Shown here piece by piece: positions 9,702-17,269 of a stretch of DNA of 64,000 nt. Location: NCBI GenBank assembly GCA_050012375.1, contig JBEKHH010000012.1, positions 27,881 to 91,880 on the forward strand. The letters run 5' to 3'. Source of the DNA: Tepidisphaeraceae bacterium. GTDB lineage: Bacteria > Planctomycetota > Phycisphaerae > Tepidisphaerales > Tepidisphaeraceae. A model generated the notes under the pieces. The model had not been told where the DNA came from, ran no database searches, and saw only the letters and a list, made by a program, of their open reading frames with translations. The translations under genes were made by a program, and so were the position numbers. The number at the start of each line of letters is the position of its first letter. The first letter of the stretch is position 1.

Positions 9702-10217
9702 CTATCCACCTTTTCGAATTGCCAAGATCCGACTGAAGACAAAGAAATAGCTTAACCAGACTCCCGCCAGGATAACGAATATGCTCACCGTCAGCGCCAA
9801 GGGCGCGTGAGGGGCCCAGAGGGCTCGCGGAAACTCGGCAACGGGAGCGGGCTGGACATCCGCCGGAAAGGCCGCCGAAGTGGAAACAGCGGAATATTGC
9901 GCCGGCGCCTTGATTCGCACTATAAGGTGAAGCTTTCCGTCGGATGCGCCGGGCAAGTCTGATGGGAATGCCACGGCCGAAGTGCCGTCATCCAAGGTTG
10001 TGTCTTGGCCGATCGGCAAGTTTCCAAACGTTCGCTGGACGAAGTATTGCAGGATGACGTTTTCGATGGGCTTGCCGTTGAGTGATACCGAAGCCTGGAC
10101 CATTTTCTTGCCGTCTTCAATGTCCGTGGTGAGGCTGATGGCGGGCTGAGTGGTTTGAGCAAAAGCCGCCCATGGCCAGAGGAGCAGGACCCATGTGATG
10201 AAAAGGACCAGCTTCAT
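9702..10217 (-). CDS. hypothetical periplasmic beta-rich protein with C-terminal TM anchor
   Basis: 171 aa starting at MKLVLFITWVLLLWPWAAFA (signal peptide), with a C-terminal helix LALTVSIFVILAGVWLSYFFVF. ATGA overlap with the nrfD-like stop at 10214..10217. Confidence 0.6.
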   Translation of the reverse strand: MKLVLFITWVLLLWPWAAFAQTTQPAISLTTDIEDGKKMVQASVSLNGKPIENVILQYFVQRTFGNLPIGQDTTLDDGTSAVAFPSDLPGASDGKLHLIVRIKAPAQYSAVSTSAAFPADVQPAPVAEFPRALWAPHAPLALTVSIFVILAGVWLSYFFVFSRILAIRKGG

Positions 10218-11557
10218 GCCAACACCGCCGCGGCAGCGCTCGGAATGGCCGGCATGCCTGCCGGCCGCGGCCACTGGGTCTGATCCACTTCCCAGATCGA
10301 GATGATGGGAAACACTTTGGAGAACAGGATGAACATGAGGAGAAAGGCGGCGAATCCGCCGGCGGTGATGGACCATTCGACCCAGGTTGGAACGTAGGCA
10401 AGGTGGGCCCCTTCGCGCGGGGGCATGAAGGGCGATGCGAGCGTGGGGACGACGATGATGTATCGCTTGAGCCACATGCCAATGTTGACCAAAAGCGCGG
10501 CGAGGGAGATTCCGGAGATGGTTCGGCCCAGCGGGGTGACGAGCATCAGCAGCGGCAGGACCAGCCCGACGAAGATCATCGCCCAGAACTGGATCGCGTA
10601 ATGGCCGGAGATCATCTTTTCCAGGAGCGGGCGTTCGACGCTTTCGCCGGTATAGGCGGCACCGACGTGTTCGTTGACCACGAAATATGCGTAAGCCAGG
10701 CCGAAGACGAGCATCAGTTTTGCAAGCTTGCGCAAATGATCGACGGGGATGTGTGCCTGCAGGCGTAGAAAATATCGGAAGAGGACGATGGCGGTGATCA
10801 CGGCGGCGACGCCGGAATAGAGGGCGCCGATGACGAAATCCGGGCCGATGATCGTGGAATGCCATCCGGGCCGCAGGGTCATGCCGAACAGCCACGCGGT
10901 CACCGTGTGGATGGAGACGGCGACCGGGAGGATGACAATCGCCATTACCGAGACGGCGCGATCGAGGTTGCGGTATTGATTGGGGGTGCCGGTCCAGCGC
11001 ATGGCAAGCGTGCCGTAAAGTTTCTGCCGCCATCGGGAAAGGCCCGGCGTGTCACGCAGGATGGCCAGGTCCGGAATCATCGGGACATAGAGATAAAGAA
11101 AGCTGCCGGCGAGATAACTGGTCAAAGACAGCATGTCCCAGAGAATGGGGCTTTGCAGCCGGCCGTAGCGGATGACGTGCAGGAACCGATCGGGCCGGCC
11201 CATGTCGATGATGACCATCGGTCCAGCCACGAGCAGGGCGAAGACGGTGATGGCCTCGGCCAATCGAGAAATCGGATGCCGCCAATGGGCGTTGGAGAGG
11301 CGCAACATCGCGGAGATAAGGCTTCCGGCCATGCTGATGCCGATGAAAAACACAAAATTGACGATGTAAACGCCCCAGGAGAAGTAATCGCTCATGGCGG
11401 TGGCGGCCAAGCCGATGCGAAGCTGGTGGATGTAAGCGACCAGCGCCCAGGCGACGACCAGGCCAAGTGCGATGACGAGGAACTTGTGGGCAAACCCCGG
11501 CGGGCCGAGCGTCGCCAGCATGTCCCTTTCCACGTTGTTCGATTTGGCGTCGCTCAT
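10214..11557 (-). CDS. NrfD/PsrC-family quinone-interacting integral membrane subunit
   Basis: 447-aa polytopic protein. The N-terminal part (YFSWGVYIVNFVFFIGISMAGSLISA..., GRPDRF) is typical of polysulfide-reductase NrfD family members. Confidence 0.85.
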   Translation of the reverse strand: MSDAKSNNVERDMLATLGPPGFAHKFLVIALGLVVAWALVAYIHQLRIGLAATAMSDYFSWGVYIVNFVFFIGISMAGSLISAMLRLSNAHWRHPISRLAEAITVFALLVAGPMVIIDMGRPDRFLHVIRYGRLQSPILWDMLSLTSYLAGSFLYLYVPMIPDLAILRDTPGLSRWRQKLYGTLAMRWTGTPNQYRNLDRAVSVMAIVILPVAVSIHTVTAWLFGMTLRPGWHSTIIGPDFVIGALYSGVAAVITAIVLFRYFLRLQAHIPVDHLRKLAKLMLVFGLAYAYFVVNEHVGAAYTGESVERPLLEKMISGHYAIQFWAMIFVGLVLPLLMLVTPLGRTISGISLAALLVNIGMWLKRYIIVVPTLASPFMPPREGAHLAYVPTWVEWSITAGGFAAFLLMFILFSKVFPIISIWEVDQTQWPRPAGMPAIPSAAAAVLA

Positions 11558-11566
11558 TGAAAAACC

Positions 11567-12457
11567 TCAGTCCTTCGTCAGCGGGCTTGGCGGGGCGAAC
11601 ATTCGATTCTTGGGCGGGAGGTAATAGACGCGCGGCTTGGTGCCCAATTCCTCCATTTGCCGGTACCCGCTGCGATCCATCAGCAGCTGAGACAATCGCT
11701 GGGTCTCGCCCTGTGCGTTAGTCACCGCGTCTTCGTTCTCGTCGCCGTAATACATTGCGCCCATCGGGCAGATACCGACGCAGGCCGGGAACATGCCCAT
11801 CTCGGCCATATCCGGACAGAAATCGCATTTTTCGACGGTCCCGATCCGGCGCGGATAACCATATTCGGGCGAGTAACCTTTTTCCAAGGCCTGGGGCGGA
11901 TCGTGCGGCGTACCCCAGTTGAAGCTGCGGGCGCCGTAGGGACAGGCGGCCATGCAGAACCGGCAACCGATGCACCGCTCATTGTCGATGAGCACCACGC
12001 CGTCGGAGCGCTTGAATGTCGCATCCACCGGGCAAACTTTGGTGCAGGGCGGGTTGTCGCACTGATAACACGGCTGCGGGAAGAAATACGGCGCCGTCTT
12101 CTCCGATTCCTGCATCCGCAAAACCTTGATCCATTGCCGGTCGGGGGGAACGAAGTGCATCTTGGAGCAGGCCGATATGCACTTGCCGCACCCGTCACAT
12201 TTGGCCAGGTCGATCACCATGATCCAGCGTCTCCCCGGGACGCCTTGGCGAGCGGAATCCGGCGATGTTGATATAGCCGCTCCGGTGCGCGCGTCCACGA
12301 CCTGATGGTCGGGGGTTAGGGCGGGCATAGCCGCCCCGGAGGGAACTTCGTTGCTGGCGGCGGCGGCGCGAACACATCGGCAGGCGACCTCGCCGGCCGC
12401 GGCGGCGCCCAGAACCGTCAGGCTATATCGCAGGAACTGTCGTCGATTGCTGTCCAT
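11567..12457 (-). CDS. Tat-exported NrfC/PsrB/DmsB-family 4x[4Fe-4S] subunit
   Basis: ATG 12457 with GGAGG SD and twin-arginine signal SNRRQFLRY. Cys clusters are CDGCGKCISAC, CYQCDNPPCTKVCP, CIGCRFCMAACP and CDFC. Confidence 0.9.
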   Translation of the reverse strand: MDSNRRQFLRYSLTVLGAAAAGEVACRCVRAAAASNEVPSGAAMPALTPDHQVVDARTGAAISTSPDSARQGVPGRRWIMVIDLAKCDGCGKCISACSKMHFVPPDRQWIKVLRMQESEKTAPYFFPQPCYQCDNPPCTKVCPVDATFKRSDGVVLIDNERCIGCRFCMAACPYGARSFNWGTPHDPPQALEKGYSPEYGYPRRIGTVEKCDFCPDMAEMGMFPACVGICPMGAMYYGDENEDAVTNAQGETQRLSQLLMDRSGYRQMEELGTKPRVYYLPPKNRMFAPPSPLTKD

Positions 12458-12477
12458 CGTAAACCCTCCGCAATTAG

Positions 12478-12499
12478 CCCCCGGTGAACACACCGGGGG
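12478..12499. other. perfect 9-bp GC hairpin (CCCCCGGTG-aaca-CACCGGGGG)
   Basis: Read directly from the sequence. It lies 21 nt upstream of the nrfC-like ATG, in the 149-nt gap after the ATPase stop. No U-tract follows on either strand. Confidence 0.6.
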
Positions 12500-12606
12500 G
12501 CCAGATGGCGGCGTATCTGTACGAAGAAGTATCGGAATTCGTCGCGATCAAAAAAATCGGGGCTCGCCCGGCAAATCGCGTAGGGGAAATTGCTTACAGC
12601 GGACGA

Positions 12607-14517
12607 TCAGCGGAAGTCGCGCAGGATGCGCGGGGCCACGGCGGCGCGCAGGGCATTCAGCACGGCGGCAACGTCGATTGCTTCCTGAACCAATGCCCCA
12701 GCTACGGGAACCAAGTGCCCGGCCGCGGCGAAGGCCATGCCCGCCAGGCTCAGGATCATCCCGCCGATGGCGCATTGCAGTGCGATGCTGCGCATTCGGC
12801 GGCTGATGTGTAGGAACTCATCGACCTTCTCCAACGAATTGTCCATGATGACGGCGTCGGCGGCCTCGCTGGTGACATCGCTGTTTGTGCCCATGGCGAC
12901 GCCCACGGTGGCGGCCATCAGCGCCGGGGCGTCGTTGATGCCGTCGCCAACATAAAGCGTGCGATTCTTTTTCGTTTCGGCGGTCACGATCTCCAGCTTT
13001 TCCTCGGGACTCTTGCCGGCGTAGATTTCGTCTATGCCGACGGCCTGGGCCAGCTGGCGCACTGCCGAATCGCGATCGCCGGAAACGAGCAGGACTCGGG
13101 CCAGTTGATGACGCGGGCCGAGGTGGTCGATGAAGCCACGGCTGTGGGGGCGCGGCTCATCGCGGAAGCGGAATATGGCCGCGTAGCGGTTGTCGATCAA
13201 AACGGCGCACTCCAGGCCTTCGGCCGGCGGCGGCAGTTCGCTTGCAACCGATGAATCCAGGGAAAGTAGCTTTTTTCGGCTGGTCATGTGAATGACATGA
13301 CCCGTGACGGTGCCGCTGAGACCTTCGCCGGGCTTCTCGTTGATCTGGGTGGCATCGTCCAAAGGGATCGAAGCCTCGCTCGCGGCCGCGATGATCGCGA
13401 CGCCCAGGGGATGCTTGGAATATCGCGCGATGCTGGCGGTGAGGCGAAGGACATCCCGCTTATCGAGACCCGGCGCACACAGGGTTTCCACGAGCTTCGG
13501 CTCGCCATAGGTCAGGGTGCCGGTCTTGTCGAAGATGGCGACGCGGCAGGTATCGACCAGTTCCAGAACGGCCTGGTTCTTGATGATGATTCCCCTGCGG
13601 GCGGCCAGGGAAATCGAACCGATGACCGCGACGGGAAGCGCGATCAATAGCGGGCAAGGGGTGGCAACGACCAACACGGCGAGAAAGCGTGAGGGCTGGC
13701 CGGAGGCGGCCCAGGCGATCAAGGCGATGGCGACGGCGATCGGCGTGAAGATGGCGCCGATCTGGTCGCCGAGGCGGCGAATGCGCGGACGATTCTGTTC
13801 CGAGGCGCGCATGACCTGCATGATTTTGGCATAGCGCGAATCGACGGCGAGTTTCGTGGCGCGAATGACCAGCGCCGCGGGCCCGTTGGTGGCGCCCGAC
13901 AGCACCTGGGAACCCGTGGCCTTGGACATGCGATACGGCTCGCCGGTCAGGTAGGCCTCATCCATGCTGCCGCTGCCTTCGATGACGACTCCATCGACGG
14001 GACAGATTTCATGAGGAAAGACGATCAGCGTGTCGCCGGGAGCAACTTGGGATAGAGGAACGTCCGACAAAACCTCGGCGGACTTGCGGTGGGCGGTGGA
14101 GGGCATTCGGCGGGCCAGGGCGTGCAGGACCGAAGATGCGTTGCGCACGGCGAAAGCTTCGAGCGCCTCGCCGCCGGAGAGCATCAGCACGACAATCGAT
14201 CCCGCCAGATACTGGCCGAGGAAGACGGAGGTGACGATGGAGATTCCGGCGAGGAGATCGGAGCCGAATTCGCGTTTGACGAGCTTGACCAGCAGCCCGA
14301 AAACCAGGGGCGTTCCCCCGCCAGCCAGGGCTGCGAGCAGCGGCGCATTGGCGACGGTCGCGCCGGCGTGAAGGCCGAATCGCAAAAGCAGATGTGTGGC
14401 GATCGCGAGGATTGCCAGCAGCGCGATTGCGTTGGGAAGCTGTTTGCCAAAGGTCGATTCGGCGCGCGGGCCCTGGGCGCCATCGATGGGAAAGGCGGCT
14501 GATAGCTCATCGGACAT
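12607..14517 (-). CDS. P1B-type heavy-metal P-type ATPase with TPCP membrane motif, no N-terminal metal-binding domain
   Basis: ATG 14517 (MSDELS..) within ORF 12607..14913. Motifs [21 protein letters not shown] and the membrane-helix motif ATPCPLLIA. No HMA CxxC and no His-rich N-terminus. Confidence 0.85.
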   Translation of the reverse strand: MSDELSAAFPIDGAQGPRAESTFGKQLPNAIALLAILAIATHLLLRFGLHAGATVANAPLLAALAGGGTPLVFGLLVKLVKREFGSDLLAGISIVTSVFLGQYLAGSIVVLMLSGGEALEAFAVRNASSVLHALARRMPSTAHRKSAEVLSDVPLSQVAPGDTLIVFPHEICPVDGVVIEGSGSMDEAYLTGEPYRMSKATGSQVLSGATNGPAALVIRATKLAVDSRYAKIMQVMRASEQNRPRIRRLGDQIGAIFTPIAVAIALIAWAASGQPSRFLAVLVVATPCPLLIALPVAVIGSISLAARRGIIIKNQAVLELVDTCRVAIFDKTGTLTYGEPKLVETLCAPGLDKRDVLRLTASIARYSKHPLGVAIIAAASEASIPLDDATQINEKPGEGLSGTVTGHVIHMTSRKKLLSLDSSVASELPPPAEGLECAVLIDNRYAAIFRFRDEPRPHSRGFIDHLGPRHQLARVLLVSGDRDSAVRQLAQAVGIDEIYAGKSPEEKLEIVTAETKKNRTLYVGDGINDAPALMAATVGVAMGTNSDVTSEAADAVIMDNSLEKVDEFLHISRRMRSIALQCAIGGMILSLAGMAFAAAGHLVPVAGALVQEAIDVAAVLNALRAAVAPRILRDFR

Positions 14518-14545
14518 CACTTTGTCCTTGAACTTGCGCGGGGGC

Positions 14546-14965
14546 TTACCCCGCATCGCCCTTGGACGATGGGGTCTGTTCCAATGCCTGAGGTGGAGGC
14601 GCTTCATCCTGCTCAGGAGTTGTGACGACCGGCGCATCGGACAGAGCGGCCACCGACTCCAATATCGCCAGCGCGTCAGTCGCATAGTCCAGGAAAGGAC
14701 CCGGCTCGGCGCCGCGATCGGACAAAACCCGACCGCCGCTCGATGTGTCCGCCGACGATTCACCCAGCAGTTTGATGGCGAATTCCTCGTATCCGGCAGG
14801 AGGCTGGGCGCGGTACCGCTCGAGGAATCGCGCCAACCGTGGCAACTGGATGAACAAGGGACAACGAACTTCGCAAGAGCAGCCGGCGAGCAGTTGCGAC
14901 GGATCGGAGGCATTTGGGCCGGGTTGACATTGAGGGCAAATCTGCGCCCGCAATCCCAACTTCAT
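14546..14965 (-). CDS. hypothetical Cys-rich protein with acidic/Pro-rich tail
   Basis: 139 aa from ATG 14965 (GTG 14992 or 15001 also possible). N-terminal cluster C-x2-C-x17-C-x-C-x3-C (ICPQCQ...GCSCEVRCP). Wedged between HypB-like B and the ATPase. Confidence 0.5.
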   Translation of the reverse strand: MKLGLRAQICPQCQPGPNASDPSQLLAGCSCEVRCPLFIQLPRLARFLERYRAQPPAGYEEFAIKLLGESSADTSSGGRVLSDRGAEPGPFLDYATDALAILESVAALSDAPVVTTPEQDEAPPPQALEQTPSSKGDAG

Positions 14966-15021
14966 CCATCCGATTGAAACGCTTCTTGCCACGGTACTCA
15001 CCTTGGCGGCTCGCCGCGCAG

Positions 15022-15765
15022 TTATCTTAAGCAAGCATTTCCGGAAGACGGCTGCGGCTCCATCGGCGCATCGCGCCACTTCTTGGCGGCGCGCGCACTG
15101 TTCAGCCATGCGAACCAACGGTACATGCCGGATCCGGATACGGCGGAAAGCTCGATGATCTCCGCCTTGGGGGCAATCGCTTGAGCGTCGTTGCGGAAGA
15201 CGCGGTCGTTGAATTTCACCATCGGCCGCACGTCGCTCTTGGTCAGTAAAATGACCGAAGCGCTCTGCAACATCGCGCGATACTCCAACGCCTTGTCGTC
15301 GCCGCCGCTGACGGCCAGCACCGTCGCGGTGGCATCCTGGCCGATGTCCTGCAAAGGGGCCATTCCGCCGCAACCCTCGATCAGGATGAAATCGAAGTCC
15401 CGCAAGCGAAGCTGCGAAACGGTTCGCCAGATCGCGGCGGGATCGGGAATGGCGGAATCGAGATGCCCCACATATCCGCATCGGTTCTGAAGCCGGTCCG
15501 CCTCCCGGACGGACGCCGGGTCCACGGCGATCACGGCGACCCGCCTCGGCCCGGGATATCGCTTTACGGTTGCTTCGATCAACTCGGTTTTGCCGGATCC
15601 CGGCGGCCCGATGATCCGCACGGCCAGCACCCCGGCGCGCGCCGGCGCCGCGCGAACTATTGCCGCCAGCGGGCTCCGCCCAGTGTTCCTTTGCGCATCG
15701 CCCAATGTTCCATGGCCGGCGTTCTCGATCGAATGGAGCGAGGGTCCAGACGTTTCCTTCGTCAT
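15022..15765 (-). CDS. HypB/UreG-family (G3E) P-loop GTPase paralogue B
   Basis: Walker A GPPGSGKTE, GGDDKALEY, and TKSD in place of NKxD. IEGCGGMAP replaces ENVGNLxCP. ATG 15765 forms an ATGA overlap with the upstream paralogue's stop. Confidence 0.8.
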   Translation of the reverse strand: MTKETSGPSLHSIENAGHGTLGDAQRNTGRSPLAAIVRAAPARAGVLAVRIIGPPGSGKTELIEATVKRYPGPRRVAVIAVDPASVREADRLQNRCGYVGHLDSAIPDPAAIWRTVSQLRLRDFDFILIEGCGGMAPLQDIGQDATATVLAVSGGDDKALEYRAMLQSASVILLTKSDVRPMVKFNDRVFRNDAQAIAPKAEIIELSAVSGSGMYRWFAWLNSARAAKKWRDAPMEPQPSSGNACLR

Positions 15766-16484
15766 GGCATGCCTTCTGAAGATTTCGTTTGATCGCCCCA
15801 ACTCATCAATGGATTAAACATTCTCGCGTTCCTGCGATTCTGAACTCCCGAAAACAGGTGCGACTCGACCCAACCCACCCAAGCCTCGATTCCCTGATTG
15901 GATTGCGCGGACGCATGAATGATGTTCAGACCTGGTTTCAGCCGCTCAACATCCTGGCGGAAGACTTGAATATCAAATGTGACGTAGGGGAGCAGATCGG
16001 TCTTGGTAAGCAGAACCAAGTCAGATCCGGCAACAAGAAACGGATATTCCGTCGCTTTGTCGTCGCCTCCGGCCACGCTGAAAACGCTGACTCTCAGGTG
16101 ATGCCCCAGATCGAATTCGACGGGGCTCAGCGCATTGCCGTCGGCTTCGATGACCAGGAGGTCAAGATGCTGCAGATCCAATTGGCCCAGCGACTCGCGG
16201 ACATGAATGGCTGCCAGATTATCAGTAATCAGCGGCACGGCCTGATATCCATGCCGGGTGATGCGCGAAACCTGCCGTTCAGCGGCGAGGTTGCCAACCA
16301 TTACAGCGGCGCGAACCTTGGGATCCAGGCGCGTGAGCAACGCTTCGATCGCCGACGTTTTCCCGGAGCCCGCCGGCCCAACCACGCTGATCACCGTCAA
16401 ACCGGCCGCGTCGAAATCTTTGCGATTCGCCTGCGCAATCTGGTTGTTCAATTCAAATCGCTCGTTAAGCGTGACTGGTTTCAT
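15762..16484 (-). CDS. HypB/UreG-family (G3E) P-loop GTPase paralogue A
   Basis: ATG 16484 with GGAG SD (a TTG at 16505 is also open). Walker A GPAGSGKTS, GGDDKATEYP and TKTD. IEADGNALSP replaces ENVGNLxCP, and the GCH motif is absent. Confidence 0.8.
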   Translation of the reverse strand: MKPVTLNERFELNNQIAQANRKDFDAAGLTVISVVGPAGSGKTSAIEALLTRLDPKVRAAVMVGNLAAERQVSRITRHGYQAVPLITDNLAAIHVRESLGQLDLQHLDLLVIEADGNALSPVEFDLGHHLRVSVFSVAGGDDKATEYPFLVAGSDLVLLTKTDLLPYVTFDIQVFRQDVERLKPGLNIIHASAQSNQGIEAWVGWVESHLFSGVQNRRNARMFNPLMSWGDQTKSSEGMP

Positions 16485-16606
16485 GGTGACCACGCTCCGT
16501 TCCAAAAGCGCTTCGAGTGCAATTCGCGTTAGTTTGGCGGAAAATCGGCCAAAGCCAGTTGACTGTCGAACCAGCGCATTGAAGATGTTCGGCCAAGGAG
16601 CGTTGC

Positions 16607-17134
16607 ATGTCGCCCTCTGACTTAACGAAGGTCATCAGTTCCTCCGTTGTTCCCGTGGTCATCATCTCCGCCTGTGGGCTGTTGGCCCTGGCGTTCTACA
16701 ATCGAATGTCCGCCATCGTGTCTCGGCTGCGCGTTTTCCAACGTGAACGCCTGCACGAGCAGGAGCTTTTGCAGCGAGCCGGCGCCGAGAACGATGCCGA
16801 AGCACAGCGGCGGCGGCGACTGCTCGAACTGCTCGAACTGCAAACCGCGCACGTCACCCGCCGCGCCAAACTGATTCGCCTCACGCTCTTGTTCCTGCTG
16901 TTGACGATCGGCACACTCATCGGGTGCTGCCTCATGCTGGGGCTGTCGGCCCTTCTACCCACGGCAATGTACGTCGCAATCCCGCTATTCGGCCTGGGGC
17001 TGCTCTTCATGCTGGCCAGCACAATCGCCGCGGCGCTTGAACTGAAGGCCTCGCTGCAGCCGGTGGAACTGGAGAGCCGCTTCGTCACGGACGTTCTCCG
17101 CGAAGAATCGCAGCCCATCGACGACGACGCATGA
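16607..17134 (+). CDS. DUF2721-like membrane protein
   Basis: AAGGAG SD. The pattern is TM helix, then a charged coiled segment (RLRVFQRERLHEQELL..), then two TM helices, as I recall for DUF2721. Family assignment is from memory only. Confidence 0.5.
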   Translation: MSPSDLTKVISSSVVPVVIISACGLLALAFYNRMSAIVSRLRVFQRERLHEQELLQRAGAENDAEAQRRRRLLELLELQTAHVTRRAKLIRLTLLFLLLTIGTLIGCCLMLGLSALLPTAMYVAIPLFGLGLLFMLASTIAAALELKASLQPVELESRFVTDVLREESQPIDDDA

Positions 17135-17269
17135 AATCCGCGGTATCCCGCATTTCACATAGGTAATATCGAACCTTCCCGGTACTCGGAAAATCGGAGT
17201 TCGCCCCACTTCTTGCATAGGTGAATTCGCCGATGGCAAACGCTTTTGCAAACCGCTCTAATATCCGGC

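Noticed and set aside
10218-11033. N-terminal 272 codons of ORF 9702..11033
   Set aside because: This part is an out-of-frame overlap with the nrfD-like gene and is Arg/Pro/His-rich. Only the part from MKLVLF (10217) has signal-peptide and protein-like features.
14518-14913. 132-codon N-terminal extension of the P-type ATPase ORF, and the upstream part of ORF 14546..15481
   Set aside because: The extensions are Arg/Ser/Trp-rich and overlap neighbouring genes. Internal ATGs give proteins that begin where family similarity begins.
16821-16838. Tandem 9-nt duplication TGCTCGAAC x2 (encoding LLELLEL), and a similar GTCGGAGGC x2 near 23655
   Set aside because: These are in-frame micro-duplications inside coding regions. 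They are too short to be functional repeats or arrays.
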